Source: Candidatus Latescibacterota bacterium (GTDB lineage: Bacteria; Latescibacterota; UBA2968; GCA-2709665). From it: a DNA stretch of 64,000 nt. Positions 19,501-27,608 of the stretch are shown in pieces; position 1 is the first letter of the stretch; each line of letters begins with the position of its first letter. The notes beneath the pieces are model-generated. The model was not told the DNA's origin. It was given only the letters and a program-made list of their open reading frames with translations, and searched no databases. Location: positions 576,001-640,000 of the forward strand of contig CAXXXF010000006.1 of the NCBI GenBank assembly GCA_963667175.2, written 5' to 3'. A program made the translations under genes and the position numbers.

Positions 19501-20699
19501 GCCATGTCGCGGCTGAGCTCGTCCTCCGGTCGAACAGACGGCGAATCTTCGATCCGCATGAACCGAACGGCCTCCTTCGCTTTTTCGCGGCGGAAGAGTG
19601 CCAGGCTCATTTTAATCCCCGTGACTGGAAGGAAGGCCCCGTCCGGAAGCGACACCACGCCTTCCACACAGTAATCGGTGAGGAGTTCCTTGCGGACCTT
19701 CTCGTCGGGACCCGTCCGATAGAGAGCGCCATCAGGAAGCGCGACGACGGCGCGACCGCCCGGGCGAAGCGAAGCCATCGCGTGCTGGAGAAACAGCGTC
19801 TCGATGTGCGTTGATGGAACCGGGAAATGGGTTGCGCTCTGCGCCCGCGCGTGTCGGCCCCATGGCGGTACTGCCACGACGCAGTCGAATCCTTCCGAGG
19901 ACCGCTCTCCGGCCGGGGGCCGATCCAGGGCGTCGCCGAGTTCGAGACCGGGTTGATCCATGCCCGCCAGGACGACGCGCGCAAGCCCGATGACGTGCGC
20001 GTACGGACTGATTTCCACCCCGTACACGCTTTGTTGAAGCGACTCGGGCATCCGCGTTGCGTTTTCGAGAAGTCGGCCGGCCACCGTGGCGAGCAGCCCA
20101 CCGGCCCCGAAGCACGGATCGTAGACGCGCTCTCCCGGACGAGGATCCAGAAGTTCAGCCATCAGCTCAACCACGCGTTTGGGCGTGGTGTGGTCTCCCG
20201 GGATCTCGCCCGTTTCAGCGGCGTTTGCCACAAGGGCCCCAAGCGCGTTCCCTGCCGAATGCCTGCCGGTATCGGATTCCAAATCGAAAGGCCTGCCCCA
20301 CTCCAGAAGTGTCTCGATCACCTCAGGAGATTCCCGGACCAGGTTTTCCACGATGGGCGCAAGCAGCTTCAAGTACTTACCGGGACCTCGATCGGGCGCG
20401 TTACGCAACGCAGGCAGAACCCCCCCGCCAAGCGCGTCCACGAGTTCGCCGCCGCGAAGATCGCGCCAGGAAGACCAATGCAGACCGCGAGGTAGGGCAG
20501 ACGGACAGTCGTGACTCTTGAGAGCGTCCGCGGGTTCCTGTTCGGCATCCTTGCGCTCGGCCCAACGCAGCAGAAACAGGGCGGCCGCAAAGGACGCGAT
20601 GGCCGACTCGGGCTGACGGTCGCCAGCCTCCTGCCCGGCGATCTCATCGAGGCGGGTCCGGAGTTCGGACACGCGAGATGTGAGTTCAGATTGATTCAT
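16587..20699 (-). CDS. Fusion of HsdM-like N6-methyltransferase, HsdS-like TRD and STAND ATPase (~1370 aa)
   Basis: HTTP, YDPCFGAGGLL (motif I), FDCVVAVPPW (motif IV), TRD GDVLIT...G.TIRHL, SPYIVGSP..FYGR, GNRRTGKT, MLDEFD; likely start MNQSEL overlaps PLD stop (ATGA). Confidence 0.85.
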   Translation of the reverse strand: MNQSELTSRVSELRTRLDEIAGQEAGDRQPESAIASFAAALFLLRWAERKDAEQEPADALKSHDCPSALPRGLHWSSWRDLRGGELVDALGGGVLPALRNAPDRGPGKYLKLLAPIVENLVRESPEVIETLLEWGRPFDLESDTGRHSAGNALGALVANAAETGEIPGDHTTPKRVVELMAELLDPRPGERVYDPCFGAGGLLATVAGRLLENATRMPESLQQSVYGVEISPYAHVIGLARVVLAGMDQPGLELGDALDRPPAGERSSEGFDCVVAVPPWGRHARAQSATHFPVPSTHIETLFLQHAMASLRPGGRAVVALPDGALYRTGPDEKVRKELLTDYCVEGVVSLPDGAFLPVTGIKMSLALFRREKAKEAVRFMRIEDSPSVRPEDELSRDMAVEAARAITAEFRTGEPDDLQQKHPIEDLWETPIKELADRGGDLIAKRTDEKILSISLRVLGSDAGVPVHPLNEVADIFTGVSYDKSGTTSRRNDPSVFAGLVRAADVNRNGVQSPSLFLTKNCTRRVRSKHRLRAGDVLITTSGNVGTLAVVSQQSGIVDAVATRSLTVIRPGKSISPVYLKSVLASDAYQQWIRGHARGETIRHLPARTLQNLRVPAPQVSIQEQLLKQMGDEREDPFAALVRILVTNSKDPVGSWLNGSPELRRLWRPVRAEDRVKLLERIAHAASSLRKQVVRSCIVDVSQFNRWLKDLAEALKSLHGLNHVPPGSGRMALLDGAWNRLEKVHSVILGIGNAHLAGAHATREWGSSGSSADPSVRKNLLQTFAHAITFTRRISRLVRAELDAILDDVTLAPGIEPDAVVAGAENEVRVRLMNHSPLALRNVRASTFPSIGEGRVDYLAENGPFSFTARIPADVATGLYPFMLRWRAERMDGRPVSGELPLAVDVRSTSEAVQVPDIGASPYIVGSPIDRKEMFYGRQDIIDRIRRQFSTSDRANVILLEGNRRTGKTSILKHLQDPDALPGWIVVNCSLQGGQGHKSKRGLETNEVFRLLARDVGWAMDDAGLRVCLPEMDPPDTSKRFKVAFTKALSTAFAGPRPFEAFELYIQAVLEAASPRRLLLMLDEFDKLQEGIDSGITSPQVPENIRYMLHAYPDLSAILTGSRRLKRLREEYWSALFGFGHRIPVSKIRLEDARLLVTRPVEGRLTYVPDARDRVVDLCSQQPFLIQSLCNRIFERAVHTEERTVTVGAAESCAEDMTKDNEHFRTLWGYARTERRRFILALCRKLEDGPDPITLSLLELKLEESGVAIPREESLGDDLEFLRELELLELRESPRGSAYVLAVPLMANWIGHNVDFEYQRRQAVRERGESDIVDGYGRGEGDGGGFSDGDGYGAGLGRGFGSKKTEDEL

Positions 20700-22300
20700 C
20701 TGTCGACGCCCTCCCTTGCGGTCATTCGGACAACGATCGAGGCCGCGCCAGCTTCCTCGGCAACCCGGCGGGCGACCTGGATCTCTTCCGGAGATCGGAC
20801 CGCCACCACGAGCTTCCCGTCCGGTTCCTTGAATACGGGAGGCTCGTACGGGGCTGGCTTCGTCTTCTTGCCGGCCGCTGTCCGCGAGGCTGCCTTCGCC
20901 CTGGAATCTCTTGCACCGGTCCGCTCGGGCATCTCCGGCCCGCCGCCAGCAGTCCGCATGATTTCCTTCGCCTTCGGGTGCAGATCCGGTGCTCGAACGA
21001 GCCTTCGGCACTCAAGCTCGTGAGCGGGTTGCGGCAGTCCATTGATACGCGGGAGATCCGGGGCTGGCGCTTTCAGTACGTGCGCGGACGCGGCAGTTAC
21101 GGATCCAAGATCTACCGTGAGCCGGGGCTTGACCTCGAGGTCGATCAGATTTCCTCCGTGCCAGACGCGCACGTCTCCGGCCACCTCTCCCAACGCAGGC
21201 GCCGGAAGGAGTTCCCACGCCGCCTGACTCGACCATCGTTCGAGGCGGATCCGAAGCTCGTCCGCCCGCTCGCCTTCAAGCCGCAAGCCCAATTCGAAGC
21301 CGCCGTCGAGCCCATGCTTCTCCAGATTCGCCGACATGACCAGTCCCCTGCCCGAGTCGGACCACAACGCCTTGGCGTGCAGCCACTTGAAGCCGAGCAC
21401 CCGGGCGCCCGCCTCCGCGAGCGCGGCGAGGGCGGGCATGGCGCGGAGACGGGTGCGCGCCAGCACCGTGAGCGAAACGCCCTCGCGGGCACGCGCACAG
21501 AGACGCTCGACCACCGGATGGCCGGCGTCCCATCCGTAGCTCGAAACGATGAGTTCCCCGGAGGCGCCGTCGATGAGATCGACGGCCTCCTCACGCAGTT
21601 GAGTGACTGAAGACGTGGTTGCCAGGACATGCGGGGACGGCGCCGGATGATCGACGCGGCCGAGGGGCTTCACCGCCCGAAAATTTCCAAGTTCCACCAT
21701 TTCGTGCTCTGCGCCTTCCCATATTGCCCATCGAACGAGCTCTGCAGCTTCTTTCACTTCCTTCGGGGTCAGCTCGACGGCCAACTCCTCGTTCCGCTCC
21801 AGCGCTTCGCGAGTGAGGTTCGCCGTCAGCAATAGCCCCGCAGGGCGCTCGTCGGGGTCGACCAGTACCAGCTTGGCGTGGAAGTGCGGCGCCGAACGGA
21901 TGAGCGCCCAACCGCCAAGGCGACTCAGCACGTCGTTGTGTTCCGCGAGCACACGCCGTTCAAACTCCCCGTCCCCGGGTTCGTCACCAAGACGGGCTTC
22001 CGAGGCGAGCATGACGTACACCCGCACGCCCCTCCCGGCGGCTTCGAGGATCGCGGCTTCGACGTCCCGGTCGGCCAGCAGGAAGCTGGAGACGACGACT
22101 TTCTTTCTTGCGGAGGCCAGGAGTTTGGCGATTCGATCCTTCAGCTCCCCGCCCTTTCCCGATATATGGACTTCCCTGCCCGTTTCCGGCTGGCGGATTG
22201 TCTCCCTCTGGCGGGAACTCCACGTGGGTGGCAGTCGATAGTTGCGCTGGTTAATAATAGATGTGACCTGCTTTGTCCAGTTCTTCATGGTGATCTCCAT
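20696..22300 (-). CDS. Phospholipase D-family nuclease with two HKD motifs
   Basis: HAKLVLVD...TANL and HAKALWSD...SANL; TAATG coupling at 22298-22302 (alternative start 22288). Confidence 0.88.
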   Translation of the reverse strand: MEITMKNWTKQVTSIINQRNYRLPPTWSSRQRETIRQPETGREVHISGKGGELKDRIAKLLASARKKVVVSSFLLADRDVEAAILEAAGRGVRVYVMLASEARLGDEPGDGEFERRVLAEHNDVLSRLGGWALIRSAPHFHAKLVLVDPDERPAGLLLTANLTREALERNEELAVELTPKEVKEAAELVRWAIWEGAEHEMVELGNFRAVKPLGRVDHPAPSPHVLATTSSVTQLREEAVDLIDGASGELIVSSYGWDAGHPVVERLCARAREGVSLTVLARTRLRAMPALAALAEAGARVLGFKWLHAKALWSDSGRGLVMSANLEKHGLDGGFELGLRLEGERADELRIRLERWSSQAAWELLPAPALGEVAGDVRVWHGGNLIDLEVKPRLTVDLGSVTAASAHVLKAPAPDLPRINGLPQPAHELECRRLVRAPDLHPKAKEIMRTAGGGPEMPERTGARDSRAKAASRTAAGKKTKPAPYEPPVFKEPDGKLVVAVRSPEEIQVARRVAEEAGAASIVVRMTAREGVDR

Positions 22301-23412
22301 TACAGTCTCCAATCTTCGGCGGCGGCGAGACGCCAGAACAAAGGATCGGGACGTTCTGGCGTCCCGTTGCAGACCTCGTCGAAAAGTTCCGTTCGAGTTG
22401 GGAGTTCTATCTCGTACTGTTCGAAGGGGTCAGCCGCCTCACCGCGCCATGCTGAATAGCGCTCAGAGGTCGCATAGTCCCGGATCCGTGCGCGCAGGCG
22501 CCACTTCGCCCACGACTGTGCCTCGGCCTCAGACGGGGCGGTGATCGGTACGTCCGGAACGTTAAGCGGCTCGAACTTTCCGTAGAAGCCCAGGTACGGT
22601 GACTCGAATTCCAGGACGCGGGACATGGCCTCCCGCTCGGGGTCGTTGGTGTCGTCGAAGCTCACGCACAGCACCTGCCGTTTTTCGTCCCACTGCTCCA
22701 ATAGACCCCCGTTTTCGAGCAACGTGCGCCATACCCGGTCGGGCGACGTGGATGGCGCCTCCAGTTCGGTCGCGACCTTCTTCCCTTCCAGGATTCCGGT
22801 GAGCTGCAATCGCCCGTCGCCGAAGTTCCAGCGGAGACGAAGGAATCCATTGGCGTCAACTGCCTCGGCTTTGTCCTCAAGGTCATCAACGCGAATCACG
22901 GCGCCGCGTCCGGCGGCCGGCTTGATGGGCGTCCCCTCGACGTTTCGTATCCAAGTCGGTAGTGCGTCGTGTCGGCGCTCTTCCGTGCGCTGCCGCTTGT
23001 TGCGGAGCTCGTCGTGCGCGGTGGGCTCCTTCCACGGTTCGATTCGCAAGATGGGCGACGGCAGCAGAGGGTCGACACTCGCCCAGATCGTCCAGGTTCC
23101 GCACTCGGGAACGAGCACCTTTTCAGTGTCGATGGCCGTCTCCCCGGCTTCGGTGAGTTCGAAAGCGCGACCGCGCTTCTCGAGAAGCTTGTAGGCGACT
23201 CCAATATCCAGGAGCCGCTCAGCGACGACGCGCCGCGACCGGGACTCGAAGAGCAGATGCTCGGCCACGTCGCGCGCGCCCGTTCCGCCGTTCTCGCGAA
23301 TCCGCAGGAGGACGGGCATGAGTTCGGGCCGTTTCTCAGCTTTGGCGACCTGCCCGACGACGCGCCAGCACCTGACTTCCACGGGTCGTTCCAGAATGAT
23401 GTTCCTGTTCAT
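22300..23412 (-). CDS. Hypothetical protein with N-terminal winged-helix-like segment
   Basis: ARDVAEHLL...VAERLLDIG...FELTEAG pattern; coupled at both ends. Confidence 0.7.
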   Translation of the reverse strand: MNRNIILERPVEVRCWRVVGQVAKAEKRPELMPVLLRIRENGGTGARDVAEHLLFESRSRRVVAERLLDIGVAYKLLEKRGRAFELTEAGETAIDTEKVLVPECGTWTIWASVDPLLPSPILRIEPWKEPTAHDELRNKRQRTEERRHDALPTWIRNVEGTPIKPAAGRGAVIRVDDLEDKAEAVDANGFLRLRWNFGDGRLQLTGILEGKKVATELEAPSTSPDRVWRTLLENGGLLEQWDEKRQVLCVSFDDTNDPEREAMSRVLEFESPYLGFYGKFEPLNVPDVPITAPSEAEAQSWAKWRLRARIRDYATSERYSAWRGEAADPFEQYEIELPTRTELFDEVCNGTPERPDPLFWRLAAAEDWRL

Positions 23413-26045
23413 TGTTGCCTCCGGTTGATGTCCTTCCCCCACCGTTTGCTCTCAGCCAATGCCTTCAGCAAGGTACCCCTTGCCCGACGCATCGCCTGCC
23501 GGTCGCCAATGACGACGCGCTGATAGCGCGCTCTGGTCAGGGCGACGTTCAGGCGGTTCGGGCTCTCCAGGAAGCTCGTCGGGTGGGGCCGGGCGAAACT
23601 GATCAGCACGACGTCGGCCTCGTGCCCCTGGAAGCGGTCAACGGTGCACAGCTCGATGCGGAGGTAGGGCCGTTCCTTCTGACCCCGTGTAAAGTGGCGC
23701 ATTGCGTGGCGCTGCCCGGTCCATTTATGGAGATAGCCCCGCACCTTCCGTTCCTGTCCCCGGTAGAAGGTCAGGACGGCCGCCTCCCAGGTACGGTCGT
23801 CATTCAGCGGGTTCGCACGCGCCCACGCATCGAAGTGGCGGAGTTCTTTTACAACCGATCGAGCCTCCCTTTGGTTGCAGTTGAGGCGCCGGTCGAAGGC
23901 GCCACGAACGTCGCGCCAGACGGCATGGTAGGCGTAGCGGGGGTAGCTCCACGCGCGTTCGTCCTTCATCGATTCCGGGGTTTGGAGCGCCTTGCCGCCG
24001 TAGACGTGTTTATGGGATAACGCCGCAATCTCGGGATGCATGCGGTGCTGCGTGCTCAGGAGCACGTGACGCGGATCGAGCACGAAATCCGGCAGACCGT
24101 CCGACAGCGCGCTTCCGGTGCGCTGGTTCCCGTTGCGCTCGAACCCACGATGAAGCGATTCGAGAACGGACGGAAGGGCGACGCGGCGTACGCGATCGAT
24201 CTCCAGCCAGACCTCTTCCGGATCTGCGCCGGTCTCAGCGTTGGGGAGTAACTCTTTCACTTCCTGACGCAGGCGTTCCGCGGTGGTGGTCCGGTTGTCA
24301 CTCGAATCGTCCGAATCCTCTGCGAAACGCTGCTCGTACAACCTCGCGAGGCGCCAACCGACTTCGGACGCCCACTCCGGCGCCTCTTCGCCGTCTTGTC
24401 CGGCAAGGCGAAGCCACGCATCCGCGCGACGATGCGCGACGTGCAGAGTGTTCTCCGGCCCGCGCACCATCGCGAGGTCAAGCGGCAGTTCGTCCACCCT
24501 CCGCTCCAGCGCGGTAGCTGTACCGATAGCGACGTCCGCGGTCGAGAGCCCGTGGTCATCGAGGTCCGCGTCGGCAAGCGTTACGTCCCGAGCGGCGCAC
24601 TGCTCGCGGTACCCCTGGCGGGTACGTTCGTCCTCTGCGACGACGGCGGCGGTGCGCCGTTTATGGCGGCTGGGACGCCCCGCGTTGAAGGCGTCAATGC
24701 AGGCGTCCCGGATCCCGGGGTCGCGAAGACACGTCTCAATGTTCACCGCCATCGCCTCGTCATCGACGTACGGGGAGAGTTGCTTCGGGTCGCCGACGAT
24801 GATCCAGCGCTTCGCCAGCAACGCGGGGACCAGGAATTCCTGGAATGGCGTCTTGGAGGCTTCGTCGACGATGAGCACGTCGAAGGTGGTGCTGGCGTGG
24901 CCGCCCGACTTGCCCCGGTGCTGTTTAATGTCCGGATGCTGGAGGATCCCGATTGTGGTCCCGCACACGAGGTTGGCGGCGTCCAGAACCATGCGCTCGA
25001 TAACCGAGGGGCCCGGGCGCAAGGCTTCAAGAAAGGCTTCCTGCGACGGCGTGAGAGACCTTCGCCCCTGAAGCTCCCGGAGCAGGCGCTCCCTCTCGGT
25101 TCGAACGAAACGGTCGAACTGCCATGGGCGCGCCTTCTCGGAGACGTTCCGCCGGTCGCCGATGCGGACCGGGATCACCAGGTCGCGGTGTGGGTTGGAC
25201 TCGTCCATCAGGCGCTCCAGCACGTTGTCGACCGCGACATGCGTCGACGCCGAGAGAAGCACCCGCTTCCCGCGCTTCGCAAGCTGGAGCACCAGTTCGC
25301 CGATCGCCGTCGTCTTTCCCGAACCGGGCGGCCCTTCGAGAAACGCGAAATCCGGCGTTCCGAGGGCCTGCTCAACGAATTCGCGTTGCTCGCCGGTTCC
25401 GGGACGACTCTGGTCCGTCAGCACCATCCAGTCCGGGTCATCAATGCACTCCGCATCGACAATCGGCCATAAAGCGCTGTCGCGATCTTCGAAGAGCCGC
25501 AGCAAAGGGCGGTGAAAGGACGAAGGGGTGTTCTGAAGCGCCTGTAGAGCATCGATCTGGCACTTGATTTGCCACGTGTTGGGCCGGAGCAGGAGCTCGG
25601 TCAGGTCCGGAACTCGCTCGAGCAACAGTTGGTTGGTATTGGGGTCCCGGTCGATTACCGCAATCTTGTGCTGCGGACCGAAGCCCAGTCGGTCGTTACG
25701 ACGGGCATCCGGCCCTTCGGTTTCGGCGGAGGGCTCGGCCTCGTAGACCTCCTTCACGTTTTCGTCCAGGAAGGTCCGAAATGTGGCCTCCGGCTCATCG
25801 CGACGGCCCGGCGGCTCGGTCAGCTCGATCCAAGTTCCATCGGTCTCTGCCCGCCCGGCGCCGTTGCCGCCGTTGGCCGGCGGTTCGCCGGGGCGCCACG
25901 CGAGCCGTTTCACGGCAGCGTCGCTGTTCAGGTATTCCCGAGTCCGCCTCAGGAATTCGTAGAATATCCGGAGCCCATAGAAGGTGTTCTTCATCAGGAC
26001 GTCCGGGCGGTGAACCCCGAGGTTCCAGTAGTGCAGTAGCGCCAT
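23409..26045 (-). CDS. UPF1/DNA2-like SF1B helicase
   Basis: GPPGSGKTT, VDEAS, VGDPKQL, QHRMHP, TVDRFQGHE, NRLNVALTRAR. Confidence 0.92.
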   Translation of the reverse strand: MALLHYWNLGVHRPDVLMKNTFYGLRIFYEFLRRTREYLNSDAAVKRLAWRPGEPPANGGNGAGRAETDGTWIELTEPPGRRDEPEATFRTFLDENVKEVYEAEPSAETEGPDARRNDRLGFGPQHKIAVIDRDPNTNQLLLERVPDLTELLLRPNTWQIKCQIDALQALQNTPSSFHRPLLRLFEDRDSALWPIVDAECIDDPDWMVLTDQSRPGTGEQREFVEQALGTPDFAFLEGPPGSGKTTAIGELVLQLAKRGKRVLLSASTHVAVDNVLERLMDESNPHRDLVIPVRIGDRRNVSEKARPWQFDRFVRTERERLLRELQGRRSLTPSQEAFLEALRPGPSVIERMVLDAANLVCGTTIGILQHPDIKQHRGKSGGHASTTFDVLIVDEASKTPFQEFLVPALLAKRWIIVGDPKQLSPYVDDEAMAVNIETCLRDPGIRDACIDAFNAGRPSRHKRRTAAVVAEDERTRQGYREQCAARDVTLADADLDDHGLSTADVAIGTATALERRVDELPLDLAMVRGPENTLHVAHRRADAWLRLAGQDGEEAPEWASEVGWRLARLYEQRFAEDSDDSSDNRTTTAERLRQEVKELLPNAETGADPEEVWLEIDRVRRVALPSVLESLHRGFERNGNQRTGSALSDGLPDFVLDPRHVLLSTQHRMHPEIAALSHKHVYGGKALQTPESMKDERAWSYPRYAYHAVWRDVRGAFDRRLNCNQREARSVVKELRHFDAWARANPLNDDRTWEAAVLTFYRGQERKVRGYLHKWTGQRHAMRHFTRGQKERPYLRIELCTVDRFQGHEADVVLISFARPHPTSFLESPNRLNVALTRARYQRVVIGDRQAMRRARGTLLKALAESKRWGKDINRRQQ

Positions 26046-26092
26046 CTTCTTCTTACGTCCTTTCCTTTGCTATTGAGATTATGAGACGTCAA

Positions 26093-26419
26093 TCAGCCCA
26101 TCGGCCGCCGGTTACGCCGACGACCTTGCGGGCGCAGCCCTCGGAAGTCTCGATTCCGGTACGTGGTCAGGACGTCTCCTTCTGAACTGCATACGACGTG
26201 AATTCCCTCGAAGTCAGCCAATTCGATGCCTTTACGCAGGAACCTCGTGACTTCCTTGCGGCCGATGACGTAGATTTTCGCGCCGCGCACGTAGACCACA
26301 CGACCATATTTTATCACCGTCGAAAGGGCAGTTTCGGAAATCCTCCGGGCCATCATCCGCATACGGGCATGGGTCGTGATGACATGGCTCCGGCGCTTGT
26401 CTGCACAATCGTAGCTCAT
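26093..26419 (-). CDS. DUF4258-like small basic protein (putative toxin-fold RNase)
   Basis: ITTHARMRMMARRIS...VIKYG...VLTTYRN; AAGGAG RBS. Confidence 0.7.
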   Translation of the reverse strand: MSYDCADKRRSHVITTHARMRMMARRISETALSTVIKYGRVVYVRGAKIYVIGRKEVTRFLRKGIELADFEGIHVVCSSEGDVLTTYRNRDFRGLRPQGRRRNRRPMG

Positions 26420-26582
26420 CAGTTCGCTCCTTTCGTCGGCGGTCAATTCCGCTTGACTCCGGATCTGATCAGGCCACTTCCGTGCCAACGTGACTCGATC
26501 CGTTCCCGGCAAGCTCAATCTTCATTCCTGCTGATTGCTCCATCCAAATTGCATATAACTTTATGGTGGCATTTGGGGGAAG

Positions 26583-26599
26583 CGCAAACCGCGTGCCAA
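26583..26599 (-). promoter_or_regulatory. Sigma54 (-24/-12) promoter
   Basis: Minus strand TTGGCACGCGGTTTGCG = TGGCACG-N4-TTGC, exact GG-N10-GC spacing, pointing into the operon. Confidence 0.8.
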
Positions 26600-26820
26600 T
26601 TTTCGCTGAACCCCGTCCTTCCCGGCCAGTCTTCATGTTCCCATGGCTCGATACCACGATCAAGCGATCATGGGGAAATTCTATAATACGTTGTCTTTAA
26701 TCAATTTAAGCAATAATCTCCCAGGTCCTCCTTTCAATGTCGAAGACCGGATCGGCGGGGCGGACACAAGGATCCGACCGGACGATCCACCTGATCGATG
26801 TCCTTGTCAAGGACCACAAG

Positions 26821-26857
26821 TATACAATATATTTTGTGTAATTATAAGAATTATTGT
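26821..26857. promoter_or_regulatory. Candidate enhancer (UAS) for the sigma54 activator
   Basis: acaatatattttgt-N6-ataagaattattgt; same architecture as 13669-13705; ~220 bp upstream of the -24 element. Confidence 0.6.
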
Positions 26858-27179
26858 GGTTCGCGGAGTAATGGAGGAATTCCGGGTCGGAAGGGATTTT
26901 GCACACATTGCTGCCCGGATTTTGGTCTCGCTCTATCTGACCGAAAGCCGCCAGTGTATTGAATGTGGCGAGGCTCTCCCCCGCTTTTTCGCGCTCGACA
27001 AATATGACATCCTCATGAAGAAAAGGTTTCGGTAAACGTCCGGCGCGCGCCGAAAATCTCCGATATCTCCATCCACAAGAGATTGAACAACCTTGCGGTC
27101 TGGTTCCGCCAATCTGACGCAACTGCAAACCGATTCCCGTACGCTGACCGTCGGTTGACAGGATGGAATGACTGCGGTT

Positions 27180-27320
27180 TCTGAGGAAGGAAGAAGGAAA
27201 AAGGGAAAACGAAAAAGGAGGAAGGAAGAAGTGGGGTTGGTAAACACACACTGCCGGGCGGTTCGGGAACCGCCCCTACAAGAAAAGGCCCCGCCAGGGC
27301 GACCACAAGGGTCGCCCGTT
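27180..27320. repeat. Purine-rich heptamer tract plus two REP-like hairpins
   Basis: aggaaga/acgaaaa-type units; gggcggttcgggaaccgccc and gggcgaccacaagggtcgccc. Confidence 0.6.
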
Positions 27321-27515
27321 CAGACAGATCGGCGGCAACGTCGAAATCAACTCTTCACAATATGCGTCCGCCCCGCCACATTGCTGCAGCCATTCGCTGG
27401 CATTCACCCTCTCCCTGATAATCTCCGTCAATTTGGCAGTAGAAGGTGCGCCAAATTCGAAAGATGCGCCGGCGCCGACAATTACGATCGCGCGATTTCC
27501 AATCTTCTTTTTCAT
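27276..27515 (-). pseudogene. Truncated SIR2-like gene (N-terminus only)
   Basis: AIVIVGAGASFEFGAPST..LT signature; ORF runs into the repeat tract after ~60 codons. Confidence 0.6.
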
Positions 27516-27608
27516 AGCGCAAGGGAACACCAGTCTATTTATCTGTCCGAAGTGTATAAGATCAAGTTTCTGTTTATAAAATTCTCAGATTACATGCCAT
27601 TGGTACAT

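Noticed and set aside
16587-20699. Ordinary type I or IIG RM system
   Set aside because: No HsdR or recognisable nuclease domain; motif IV degenerate; STAND ATPase fused
20700-21011. 104-aa N-terminal extension of the 1474-aa ORF
   Set aside because: Overlaps the PLD gene out of frame; ATG 20699 has GGAGG RBS and ATGA coupling
20696-26045. DISARM, BREX or Hma assignment
   Set aside because: Helicase is UPF1-like SF1; no DrmA/DrmB, SNF2, PglZ or C5 methylase
26698-26712. IHF site between enhancer and sigma54 promoter
   Set aside because: AATCAA core present but the TTR element is missing
26706-27251. 181-aa ORF
   Set aside because: Begins in a low-complexity repeat and crosses the enhancer; no recognisable motifs
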